The notes beneath the pieces are model-generated. The model was given only the letters and a program-made list of their open reading frames with translations, did no database searches and was not told the DNA's origin. The position numbers and the translations under genes are program-made. Below are positions 51,047 to 63,643 of a DNA stretch of 64,000 nt, piece after piece (the stretch's first letter is position 1; each line of letters starts with the position of its first letter). The DNA is from Sphaerodactylus townsendi (Eukaryota). The DNA lies in assembly GCF_021028975.2 (NCBI RefSeq), contig NC_059429.1, positions 62,558,001 to 62,622,000 of the forward strand, given 5' to 3'.

Positions 51047-52660
51047 GGCACTAAGGCAAGCCAGAGCCCATACCCTTACCTTAACCCTAACCCTAACCTA
51101 TTTTTTAAATTATAGGTTAGGGTTAGGGTTCAGGCAAAGGCAGGGTCTCAGACTTGTCTTAGTTTTACTTAGAGTTCTAGGGCGCAGTCCAAGAATAGAG
51201 CTATGGTCAGTTTCAGGTTTTGGGGGGTTGCCTTAACCCTTTCACTTACCTGAACCCTAACTTTTTATTTTTATTTAATTTATTCAGCCATAAATTGTTC
51301 CCAAAATTGTAACAAAAACCCGAAACCTAAAACTGACCATAGCCCTATTCTCAGACTGTGCCCTAGAACTCACCGTAACCCTAAGGGAAGCCTGAGCCCC
51401 TGCCCTTGCCTTTACCCTAACCCTAACTTTTTTAAAAAAATTATTCCGTCATAAATTATTCCCAAAATTTTAACAAAAGGCCAATACCTAAAACTGACTG
51501 TAGCCCTATTCTCGGACTGCGCCCTAGAACTCAACGTAACACTAAGGCAAGACTGAGCCACTTCCCTTGCCTTAACCCTAACCCTAATTTAATATTTCGA
51601 TTTAATTTATTCAGTCATAAATTGTTTCTAAAATTGTAACAAAACTTCAAAACCTAAAAGTGAAGATAGCCCTATTCTCGGACTGCGCCCTAGAACTCCA
51701 CATAACACTAAGACAAGCCTGAGCCCCTGCCCTTGCCCTAACTCTAACCCTAATTTATTATTTCTATTTAATTTATTAAATTGTAATAAAACTCGGACTG
51801 CGCCCTAGAACTCCACATAACACTGAAAAGCCTGAGCCCCTGCCCTTGCCTTAACCCTAACCCTAATTGATTATTTTTATTTAATTTATTGAGTCATAAA
51901 TTGTTGCCAAGATTGTAACAAAAACCCGAAACCTAAAACTGACCATAGCCCTATTTTGGACTGCACTCTAGGACTCACCGTAACACTAAAGCAAGCCTGA
52001 GCCCCTGCCCTTGCCTTAACCTTAACCCTAATTCATTATTTTTATTTAATTTATTCAGTCATAAATTGTTCCTAAATTGTAACAAAAACCAAAACCTGAA
52101 ACTGACCATAGCCCTATTCTCGGACTGCACCCTAGAACTCTACATAACACTAAGGGATGCCTGAGCCCCTTCTCTTGCCTTAACCCTAACCCTAACTTAT
52201 TATTTTAATTTAATTTATTCAGTCACAAATTGTTCCCAAAATTGTAATCGAAACCGAAAACCTGAAACGGACCATAGCCCTATTTTGGACTGCGCTCTAG
52301 GACTCACCATAACACTAAAGCAAGCCTGAGCCCCTGCCCTTGCCTTAACCTTAACCCTAATTCATTATTTTAATTTAATTTATTCAGTCACAAATTGTTC
52401 TCAAAATTGTAATTGAAACCCAAAACCTGAAACGGACCATAGCCCTATTCTCGGACTGCGCCCTAGAACTCAACGTAACACTAAGGCAAGCCTTAGCCTC
52501 TGCCCTTGCCTTAACCCTAACCCTAACTTGTTATTTTAATTTAATTTATTCAGTCACAAATTGTCCCCAAAATTGTAACAAAAACCCGAAACCTACAACT
52601 GACCATAGCCCTATTCTCGGACTGCGCCCAAGAACACAACGTAACACTAAGGCAAGACAT
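51047..52660. repeat. ~165-bp satellite array containing telomeric (CCCTAA)2-3 motifs, about 9 units plus an inverted unit
   Basis: The CCCTAGAACTC-type anchor occurs at about 51361, 51522, 51688, 51803 (deleted unit), 51966, 52130, 52295, 52461 and 52627. An inverted unit lies at about 51113-51225. Confidence 0.95.
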
Positions 52661-52729
52661 ATGGGGTCCCCCCCGCCCGCAAAACTCAGATTTTTGTCCC
52701 AGGCTCTATTCTTCCTAGCTACACCTCTG
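52661..52729. mobile_element. hAT-like terminus bounding the satellite
   Basis: The reverse complement CAGAGGTGTAGCTAGGAAGAATAGAGCCTGGGACAAAA resembles the left end of the 29025 element, CAGAGGCGTATCTAGGTGAACTGAAGCCCAGGGACAAAA. Confidence 0.75.
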
Positions 52730-53124
52730 CCAATGCCCCACAGCCACACCCCTCTGCCAATGCCAATGCTTTTCCTCTCCTACACTTTCTAGAGTCCACT
52801 TTATTGTCTCTCAACATGAGCTTTTACTACTAGTTTTTTTTAAAAAAAACCCGTTGCATTTACATTTTCAGATGGCAATAAATCACATTTAATTATAGTG
52901 TTCTTCATGTTTCTTATAACTTTGGGATTGTACTGTGGTGAATTTGCAAAGAATTGCAGAGGTTACCTCTTTTTCCCCTGTAAACCCTCTCCACATTATT
53001 TCCTCTTTCTGTTTTCCTCACAGCCACCATATCATCACCTTTCCCTTCTTCCTACTCAGTTACCAAACAACCCACCTTTTATCTTCCTCCCCTCTCCATC
53101 TCCAGCTATATTTACAATGTACTG

Positions 53125-53335
53125 ACTTCATTTATATCTGGCAATATTCCACACTAGGGGCCCAGAGCAGCTTACACAATTCTTCTTTCCTCCATTTCAT
53201 CCTTACAACAACCCTATAAAATAGGTTAGGCTGAGGGTCTTACTGATACAAGGTCACTCAGTGTACTTTCAGAGCACACTGGTGATTCAAACTATCTTCC
53301 AGATTCTAATCCGAAACTAATTATGGCACCATACT
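53125..53335 (-). mobile_element. tRNA-derived SINE, degraded
   Basis: Same family as 6745-6970, in reverse orientation. Confidence 0.6.
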
Positions 53336-56300
53336 GAGTTTTGTGGGGTGGCTGCTATTAAATAGTAGCGAGCAGCAAGCCATGGGTGACTTAAGCCAGT
53401 CTCATGGTAGCAAGATGTCCGATGGTTGCTGATAGGCCAAGTTTGAAAATTCTCCCTCAAAGGCCGAAACCGAAAGGGCCTGGATGATTCTCCCTTGTCT
53501 TTACTGGAAGATACCAAGGCTTGAAGGCTATACTGTTGTGTTGTCTAATAGTGGGACTTATGGCATACTTTTCTTAAAGCTACAGGTGTTTGTTTTATCA
53601 GTTTGGAATGTTTTAATTCACCCATTTTTTTAAGATTTCAGACTTTTCTACAAACTGGACCTTTTCTCATGTTTGTAGAAAGTAGTCTTGAGTGCCCATG
53701 GCCCCAGTCCCTACCTTTAAGTATCCACAGATGGGGCCAAGTTGAAAATTAGAAATATTGATGATGATACCCAATCCCTAACATCTGCACATAATGAAAA
53801 GTTCTATCTGGGTTGTGATGAAAATGAGTTCAACTTTTGATCCTGTTTTCATTTTTCTCCCACTGCCTTTGCTGTTCCATGCTACTCTTCAGGTAGTGCC
53901 TAAGGGTCTTCTAATCAAAGTGTAATTGTATGCCATAAGTTTAAAAAAAAACCCAAAAGCTCAAGGAATGTGATTCAATGAATACACATCAGTTTTCTCA
54001 ACTGTAAAATGAACCTTTCACAGGAGGAAAAGCGTAACAAAAAGGGATATAACCAATCCATCCACCTTGATTATATTATATGTTTATCTAATGCTACTCT
54101 TGTTACCTGGGAACAGCAATTTATGATCTACAGTTAAAAGATTATATATAAGTGAAAGTTGAAGTCACATTCAGATACTTTTAAGAAATCAATTACTGAC
54201 CTTTACTCAGTCTTAAGGTGGCAAATGTTTTACCACAACTCAATACACAAAAAGAGCGTCAGTGTTTGAAAATGAATTCTTGAAAGCCTGATACTTTTGA
54301 TGTATGAGGATTTTGTAAAACTATTTGATGGGTCATACATAAAAATACATTATTTTAAAGGTTAGAGTTTGCAAAATTGAAACTGCTGTTGTGGATAAAG
54401 AATGAACTCCATTTGAAGTATGAGGTGTTAAGATACTCGTTCTTTTCTAATTAAAAGGCTGCCCTGTGGAGAAGTGAATGCAAAAGGAATAGTCACCCGA
54501 AATATCCAGGTTCCCTTGACACTGCTTGTGCATCTCCACTTCAATATGGGTGACACTTTGTGCACAACGAAAATAAAAAGTTTTATGGCAAGAAATAAAA
54601 TATTTCCTCTGAAAAGTTCCATATAGTTTTTAGCCCAAAATGTTTTATTTCCAGCCTCAAAACTTTTTATATTAATCCTCTATTTTAGTTATTCTTTTTG
54701 TGAGAACATTTATAGAACGGAGGTCTGTGTGGAGGTCTTTAAAATGTTTCCTACCACTCTCTGCAGTTCCCAGACTTACTTCTCGGTGCCATTTTCCAAA
54801 TTTGCTCCATTGTCTCGTTTGTTTCCACCATTTTAAAAAACTGGGGAGATATCTTTAAAGCTGCAAAGACACAACACACGAAGAATTGCAGCATGAGGCT
54901 TTGGAGCATAGAAGCTACGAATCCACAGTGACATTAAAACAGGAGAATCACAAAATGGTGGCCAGGAAGCGTTTTCGAGTGTGAACAAATGGGGAGGATT
55001 CAAAACATTTTGAAAACATTTTCAGTGACTTATGTGGAAATGGCCTTTATGTACCTAACATGAGAATACAAGGAATCTTTCACACCAACAATGTTCTAAG
55101 ATCTTTTTTAAAAGACAAGGCCATTTTGAGGCACAATAAGCACAAGTACAATACTGACTAAAGACCAGGAGATGTAAGAAATAACATATCAAATGCTATT
55201 TTTACAAACAAGGAGGAGAAGAAAAGTTTAATTTCTGGTAAAAAGCACTCTAATACTTCTCACCCACTATTTTAAAAAAGCCAAACCATACTGCGCCAAC
55301 AACACACTCAGCCAACAACACACACATAAAATACTCGAGATCATTTTCCTGAAATAGAAAACTACAAAAATTTCTCAAATTTCATATCAAACCATTGCAG
55401 AGCCCAAGAACTGCAGGGTAGAAGAGCCAAAGTAGTTCTCAAGCTTGAGAGTGTATGTTCCAGTGAAAGTGGTGGTGGGGGTGAATTATTGTGTCGTATC
55501 ACTGTATTTCTCACTCTCCATCTTACCCTACAAGCAATGCCCCCTCCCAGCATTTAACAACATTTTTAATAGTTCTGCTTATCAAGATGTTTTTAGTTTG
55601 TCAAATTAAGACACAGTGCCTTCGATTAGGGAAACTTTTTGAGTTCAGTATGACTTCATGGTTGGCTCAGAGTTCAACATTTCTATGGCAGGCAGCCAGT
55701 CAATAATACACCCACTACAACTCCTGCCTCCCTCCCCTGTTCACTCCCCTTCTAACTCAGTAGCAAAATAGCTCATTCTTCTTTCCTTGAGGCAAAAGAG
55801 CATCATACAAAAATAAAAGGAAAACACCACTATGATTTAAAGCCCAGACACCTGCTTTAAAAAATATACCAAATATTTACAAAACATTGCATGTTAGACC
55901 CTGACATACACAAGTGCAGCACCAAACTCAGATGTTTCAAATCTGTTTAAACATTGGGATCCTGTTTCATCCAATTGTGCAATTAGTTAAGCACTGCAAT
56001 GGAGCCAAGAACAGCAAAAAGCTCAAGGATTTGGAAACCACCTCAGATTCTGTTGCTCTATATTTGATAGAAGGCCTTTGCTCAACAGTTACGATTGCCT
56101 GCCTGCCAAAGAGTTTCTCTAGCAAATGGTAATGACACATGCAAATAAGTTTTGCCTGTATCCCATGAACATAAAAGTTACAACTACATGATAGTTATAA
56201 ACTGAAATATAAAGCTGTGTGAAAATCACAAGGTCCCCTTTTTTTAAACACTTCACAAACTCACAACTTTAGGTAAAATTTTCAGCTGAATGATTGTAAA

Positions 56301-57432
56301 AAAGATTGAGGTGCTGTTAGTGAAAGACAAAACTGCTACCCTTGAAGAGTGTTCAGAAGCTGTGGCTGGTGCAGAACGCTGCAACTAGACTGCTGGTCAG
56401 GGCCAGCTATCAGGAGCATATGTCCCCCATATTATAACAATTGTACTGGTTGCCAATCCATTTCTGAGCCTAATTCAAGCTGCTGGCTTTGAAGCCCAAA
56501 TGACTTGGGACCAGAGTTTCTGGCCATTTTCTCCCAGATGTTCCTTCCCAGGAATTCAGATCACAAGAAAAGGCTCTCTTGACCTTCTGCATGCAAACAA
56601 ATATTCTATCACCGAGACCTCTGTCTTTGCTGGATTTAACTTCAGCCAGCTCCTTTTAACCATTCCACCAAAGCGTCCAAACAGCTTGCCAGTACAGCTG
56701 GGGTGTCATCTGCCTATTGGTGACAACCCAAGTCAAAATTCAGGATCAACCCAGCAAGAGGGTGCATGTAGATATTAAATAGTGTCAGTGAGAGAACTGC
56801 CTCATGATGGGATGCTACATACCAAAGAATGGTGAACCAAAGTTCTCTTACTGATTGCCACCCTGTCTCCATCCCTGGAAAAATGAGCACAGCCAATTGA
56901 CAGATCTCAGAACCAGCAAGATTAGGCAGATTAATGGAGGATAGGTCTACCAATGGCTATTAGTCATGACAGCTAAATGCTCCATGCTCAATACCAGTGT
57001 ATGCACAGTAACAGCTGATGGGGCTCAAATGAGTAGTAGAGTTATGCATAATTTGTAGACTTTCTAGAAATATGTGGGTGGTGTTTCTATTTCAAAACAT
57101 GACGCTGTATTAGATTAACTCAAGGTTTGATCCAATGTATGTAAGCCTTTCAGGCATGAAAGTATGACAGCCTATTGGGGTGGTTTTTGGCTAACTGGTA
57201 TAAACACTTATACTTAAATACGCCCCTAGCCTCTGAGATATAGTTTCAAGGCTTGTTCAAAACTTCCTACTCAACTTTCATGGAAACATGTACTTGACAA
57301 GACAGAAAGACATATCTACAGTAGTGAGGGAGAGAGAGAGAGATTTATGACTACAATGACACCCCCTTTCTAATATGACTACCTAAATATCACATAAAAC
57401 TAAGCATGCAACTTATTTTTATTTTATATAGT

Positions 57433-58279
57433 TGTCCGGGAGCGGGGGCAGCCCCCTCCCCCTCCCCGGACTTGCTCCCCAGCCCATGGCCGGCGGGCGC
57501 TTCTCCTGCAATGTGAGGCACCGCAACACGAGGGGAGGCCCGTCGCCACGTTGTCAAGGGACTAGAGCACCACACGGCACGAGGGGAGTCCCGTCGCCAT
57601 GAGACCGGAACGGCGCCTCGCTTTCTCCCCAGCAGGGGTAACGAGCAGAGGCCCAGGCTGCGGGGAGAGACACTTCGTTCCTTCGTCAGAGGAACGAAGC
57701 GCAGAAAGGTCCCATCGCCGCAGCAACAGGAGAGGGGCCGGGTCGGTCGAACAAGACCAGCTGAGCCCTGTTGGGTTGAGTATGGGAGACGGAAGGGAGC
57801 GTGGGAGCGGGGTTTTTAGCCCCAGAGATGGCTGGGGAGGAGATAAAAGGGGAAAAGCACAGGAAGGCTGGGGGAGAGAAGGAGGGAGAGCGTGTGGGAG
57901 GAAGGAGGAGGAAGAAAGGGCATGGAGAGACAGGGAAGAGGACGACAGTGGGGGAGTCTAAGTGGAGAAGAGGAGAGGACTGAAGGGGTGAAGGTCTTGG
58001 AGGAGAGACGGTGGACGGACGGAGGGGGCAGGAACTGAGAGGGGAGGAGAAGTCAACAGTCCAGAGGCTAGCAGGGGGGCTTCCCTACGCTCCCTCCCTA
58101 GCTTTCTGCAGACACTGGGCCAGCTGTGGGCAGCCAAAGCAAACTGTGGCTAAAGTGGCTGTCCCACTTAGTCCACTCCCTGGAGAATGGGAGTGAGGCC
58201 GGAGGTTCCAGCATCCGGGCAGGGGAAGGTGGGTTGGCAACAGGGGCCCTGACGGGAACCCCACCCAGGGCGCAGGACA
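57433..58279 (+). mobile_element. Young GC/CpG-rich solo LTR (847 bp)
   Basis: TGTCC...GGACA termini, a perfect 5-bp TSD ATAGT and a TATA-like GATAAAAG at about 57842. Orientation is tentative. Confidence 0.88.
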
Positions 58280-58284
58280 ATAGT

Positions 58285-58930
58285 ATTTTATTTCATTCAT
58301 TTCATTTATTAGATTTCTCTCTGGCCCCTCCCCTTACAGGCTCAGGGCAGTTAACAACATAATAGTTACACAATATAAAATCAGTATACAATATTTTAAC
58401 ATTTTGATTTCCTCAAATTTACAAATTTAGGATTCCAAAGTCCACTGATTTACAAGTTAACTCAAGGTGGCAACACAGTTTAAAAATTTATCTATATATA
58501 TCATAAATTACCCATATAGATAAGTTTGGTGTCTGTGGGATCGAAGATTACTAAAATAAAATTATCAGAAAGTGATTGCAGTGAAGGGGAAGTCCAAAAG
58601 ATGGTAAGAATGTTGCTGACTCAACTATATGATAGGAATGTTGCTGACATGATCTCACTCAACAGAGCATTCCATGATGTTGGGGACAGGGCCGAGAAAG
58701 TCCTAGCCCTGGTTGAGATGACCTGAATCACCTTTGGGTCAGGACCATGAACTAGTCTTCATTTGCTGATCGTAAAGTCCATCGGGGGTATAGTGACAGT
58801 TCTGCGTGTATTTAGGGATTTGTACATTAGTACCAAAACCTTGAACTTGATCTGCTACTTCCTGAGTGACTATCTATGGGAGCTAAACAAGAGCCAGCCA
58901 CTGCCAGTCTCCTGCCTTTCAAGACTTCCC
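58285..58930 (-). mobile_element. Degraded L2-clade LINE 3' part (may continue in pieces to about 60240)
   Basis: The minus strand encodes RARTFSALSPTSWNAL at about 58660-58715, homologous to the 13407 element. An AT-rich tail lies at 58285-58310. Confidence 0.65.
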
Positions 58931-60959
58931 CCCCCCCCCCATCATCTGGGAGTTCCTGGGTATGGCAAATCTGAGCTATGATTGGAACCATACCCCTCTC
59001 CCCAACAGGAGCACAAACAGGAGTACAGGCCATGCCGAGCAGATGGCCCAATAGATAGAAGTTTATTTTAAAAACGCTACACTGTGATTGCATGCTGGGA
59101 ACATTTGTCGTAGCATGTTTTCTTGACACTGGTACCTGGGTTTCAATCTCAGGTGATGTATGGAGACATCTGTCCATCTATTTTCCACTCAGTCTATCAG
59201 AAACAACAAAAGTCAGTGCTCCAATATGGAGGTGAGATGGTATGTAAACTAGGCGGATTGCAGCACTAAGAAAACATCTTTGGCGAAGGGATGATTGAAG
59301 AGGGCAAATGAACGTACAGCAAAACTGCAGGAATCACTAGGATCTGTGAATGACCTTTCCATGCTAATTTTCTAAAACAGAGGAACTTTCCCATGCTGCC
59401 CCGTCATGGGGGAGAGTACAAACCAGGGGCAGGAAAAGGTAAATTCTTCACGAATGCATGGATTCCATTCTGCAGCAGAATAACGAACAATGGCAGGAAG
59501 ATTTGGCAGTGCCCAACAGAAGAAAAATGCTGTGCAGGACGTGAAAGCGAATGGCACTACTTCTAAAACGTGGGATATGTCGTAAGCGCACAACAGGCCA
59601 TAGTCACGTTTCATAAATGGCATCAAAAGACAGAAGACATGTGATTTAAGGCAGTGGTTTTCATCCCATGGATGAGTACCTTCAGATGGGTCATGAGCCC
59701 CTATAAAATTACCTTTTTTTACTGCCTCTTGGGAAAACCTAGTACTAGTACTCATGCATTCTGAGCAACAGTGCTGTCTCTCTTCCATGCATGCCAAGAA
59801 GAGTAGCAGAAAGTCATTTAGTAGTGGAGTGGATTCCTCCAAATCATCTGACTCTGCCTTATTTCTCACTATGGGAACACTCTCCTGGTGCTCAGTTTGT
59901 ATTTGGTGTCTCTGAGTGTCATGGTTTACAGGCCTCTGTTCTCATCTTGAAGCCAGTGAGGTCATAATCTGCACCCACAATCTAAATCATGCTTTCAGAT
60001 CAGTGGATACCAGGTCTGAAACAGTTGAACACCGCTGAGGTAAGGCAGCTTGATTCCCTCTGCTCAAAGCTGTTAGTAAGTATACTGCTGGGAACAGGAT
60101 AGGATTGAATTACAGCATCCATAGCTAGAAACTAAGGCTGGATGTTCCAGACAAGGAGGATAGAAGCTCTTTAAACAGCATCGGAAGGGATGCCATTTCA
60201 AAGCTGAAGTCTCTTTTGCTAACAGAGATACTGCTTGGGTTGACTGCTGAAGAACAGTCTCTGGAGGCATGTGAAACTTACACATATCACTTTACTCCAC
60301 CAAGACAAAAGTCAGATTTTTCAATGCACACATCTCAAATTACCCTTCAGATTATGTCTCAGATTTAATAACATTTTAAGTTTAATAACAGCCCAGAACT
60401 AATAATAATGACCGGAATTAACTTTCCTTACAGTAAATTCAGCATTAAGTGCCCCTTAAGCTATGTTTTATTTCCCATTATTGTGAAATGCAGCTATGCA
60501 AAGGATAGATTTTGACTTGCTGAATGAAAATAGTTTCAAATATGCATGCACAGTTCAGAATCTAAAGTCAAAAGCACTAGATTTAAAAACTAGCTAAGTC
60601 TGAACCAGCTTTGGAAGCATCAAGCACAGCAGGAATATCATCAGTGACCCCAGCCCCAAAGCCCTAATTGTGAACAGACTGAATCATGGGGAAAAAACCC
60701 GTACACCAATAAAATTTGTATGTTAACATGATGAAGACTGGAGAGTGTGTGGCCAAACTTATAAATAGCAGGTGTAGATTTAAAAACAAGTAAATAACCC
60801 ACCTGTCCCTAGGGGCTATGGCCAACGAACTACAAAACTAAGCAGAGAAGTCAACGTCTAGTCTTGGTTTCATATTTTTTCACCAAAGGGTACTGGAAAT
60901 GCTCTGGAGACTTCGTTTGGGTTGCTCAAGAGCCTCTCAGCAGAAGTTTGTTTCATTTG

Positions 60960-61237
60960 CAGTAGTAGAAGTAGAGTTTGGATTTATACTCACCTTTCTC
61001 TCTTGTAAGGATAAAGACTCCTTCCTTTCCTCTCCCCTCAACAGATATCTTGTGAGGGCTGAGAGAGTTCTGAGAGAACTGTGACTAGCCCAAGGTCACC
61101 CAGCAGGCTTAAGGTGCTGGAGCGGAGAAACAAATCCATTTCACCAGACAAGAGTTTGTGGCTCACATGGAGGAGTGAGGAATTTAACCTGGTTCTCCAG
61201 ATTAGAGTCTACTGCTCTTAACCACTACAGCAAGCTG
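60960..61237 (-). mobile_element. tRNA-derived SINE (Squam3-like)
   Basis: Minus strand head tgtagtggttaagagcagtagactctaatctggagaaccaggtt, with a duplicated head segment and a (CTA/CTT)n tail. Confidence 0.75.
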
Positions 61238-63554
61238 TAGTACCACATTAAGCAGACTTATACCATTCTACATTTTTTTTTATATCTGGCCTAGGTTCCC
61301 CAGAACTAGCATGTAAATCATACTTTTAATTTCCCCTCCCCGAAAATCAGAAGAATAACAATAACAAAGGATAACCAAACTATAATATGAATTTAGAACA
61401 ATTCATAGCAGTTTAACTGTCCTGGATTCCTCAATAATGTGGAACTGGAACTATAGTCCCCAGGATTCCATGGTAAAAGGGAAGGTCTACTAATCCTTTT
61501 TTAAGTATAGATATGCTCAAAGAGGGGAGCAAAATATAAAGTTCACAAACAGATTTTAAGCAAGTCAGTAAGTTAAATTTCTCAAGACAAAATTCTGATA
61601 TGGGCACTGGTCCATCACCTCAACTGAGATGAAGTACCAATTGTGCCAGCTGCATGAAGTATGTTCTGGATGATAAACAGTGAGAATAGCTAGAACAGTT
61701 GTATAGTGATCCTACAACAAAACTGCTTTCTCTGGTACACTATACAAACCTTAGCAGTCAAGAAGCTACAGAAACAGTTAAAACAGTATGCAGTGGGCAA
61801 GCACTTAATTTTCTTTCAAGGCCACAGGTTTTATTTTGATTAAATATGCATTTCTTTTTCTCTATTTTTAAATACTCTGACTTTTTACAATGCCAGAATA
61901 CGCCTAACTTCGACACACAGCTATGTTACAAGTACAGGAACCAGATAAGAGGGAGAAAAAAAGAACCTTTATTATGGAGGTTTCACCTAGGTCAGCAATT
62001 TCTACATGGTGGCACAGCATCCATCTGATATTCATGGGGTAAGTTCCAAGTTATCTTCTAAATAAGGTCAAGGGTACACTAGACTATTATGAACAGAAGA
62101 TTTGATCTCACCCCATCAGAGCAGCTGAAGCCTCAAATGAATAGAAACTCCCTGACTCAATAAGGATCATGGTGCTCGACCATTCATTTTCTTCCACTCT
62201 CTACACAACAACCATCAAAAAAACCCTTTGAAATGAAACTGTAATTAGGACTTGTTTTAACTAACTATAATTATAACTACACCCATCAGTTCAGTGGTTT
62301 CGAATAGGCAGTTCACTATTCATGAACAGTTAGAGACCATTGTCAGGTTACTTTCCAAGTACCCAAACAGTACAATATTGACCATTTATACATGCACAGT
62401 CTCAAGGACACCCCTACCCCCGCCCCAATGTGTTGTTTCACACAACTCAAATTTACAATTTTAAATGGGCTTTTAAAGAATAAGAACACCATCTATTACC
62501 CTATTGCGCAACCAAGAAAAATCCCTGCAGTGTTTACAGCTAAACCCACGAAGACATCCTACATGAAACAGGACAGAAATGTAGCAAAATAGATGAACCA
62601 AATGCTCTCTTTCATGAATGATAGATGTCTTAGAAAACTATTTTGAGAAAACAATAATTTTGATAGTCCTGTGCCCTGGGAAGAAAATCACAGCCTGCGC
62701 TTCTTCCCATTTGAAAGAATAACCTCATACTGGTATACATGTTTCCTCTTCGTCAAAACCAAACAGAGGTTTATGTTCAGAGGCATTTACATCATTCTGT
62801 ATCCTGCCAAATATTACTACCTGGAAGAAGTCCTCTTTTCTGCAAATATCCAAAAGTTTATTTTACATCAGAAAAAATACCGATATTTCAGAATGGCAGT
62901 TACTAACAGCATGTAGAACATTCACATATAACAACAAACTATCACAAGATACAATCTTGTGCCAATCAAATTCCACAACTATCTCTATGTGCCTAGAAGA
63001 CAGTTGAGTTTGCTACTTAAAATAGGAACCCATGTCTTTACTTTTGAATATTAGGATAGTTTCAAAAGCAGTTTCATTGCTGTTCATAAGATCGTAATGA
63101 GGGGGCGGGGTTTTTTCACAGGGTACTCCCAAGCCTTTTGGCATCCCTAAAGTAGTAATGTTTATTCCAGTCACTGTCTTGAAGGAATTCATCTCCTTGT
63201 TCCCCTCAGTGGTGCAAGCAATACAAAATGTTGAGAGGGAAGATTGCCTAGGATTCGAATTTTATAAATCTCTGATGTTTGTTCCCATGGACAAGACTGG
63301 CATTGTGCTTGCTCAGGATATCCCCCAAATGGAGCACAATAGGCTAATGGCAACATATTGTCTATAAGAACTCAAGCACTTCGAAGAATCATTTTGTTCA
63401 GGAATGTACCATGGCAACAGAAGATTGGTTCAAGATGTTCTCAAACAGCCCAAATTACATACAGATGTACATACATATATGTAGTCAAAATGAATTAAAC
63501 CAAAAACCAACACACATTTTTTTTAAAAAAAGCAGGAAATAACATTTTACATAC

Positions 63555-63643
63555 CTTGCAGTGACACCTGTTGCTTTCCATGTTAAGAAATCCGGAAGAT
63601 CAAAGAAGCAGCCTGCCTTTTCCCAGCAAGACTTTCGCAAATT
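63555..63643 (-). CDS. FGGY: FGGY coding exon (about human exon 5), [30 protein letters not shown]
   Basis: Minus strand reads ttgtcAG|AAT TTG CGA...GCA AG|GTatgt. Length 89 bp. The peptide matches recalled vertebrate [34 protein letters not shown], and the phase joins the next exon (AG+G = Arg). Confidence 0.96.

Noticed and set aside
39928-52660. CRISPR-like arrays (69-bp and 165-bp periodicity)
   Set aside because: The units are whole tandem repeats with no unique spacers, the context is vertebrate, and there are no cas genes.
51047-52660. True telomere or chromosome-fusion site
   Set aside because: There are only 2-3 hexamers per unit, and they lie within an intron of a colinear, intact gene. 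The head-to-head junction is a local inversion of the satellite unit.
59372-59869. 165-aa minus-strand ORF as a nested gene or extra FGGY exon
   Set aside because: No recognisable homology, a non-ATG start, and a location among degraded L2 fragments. The FGGY exons already join in frame without it.
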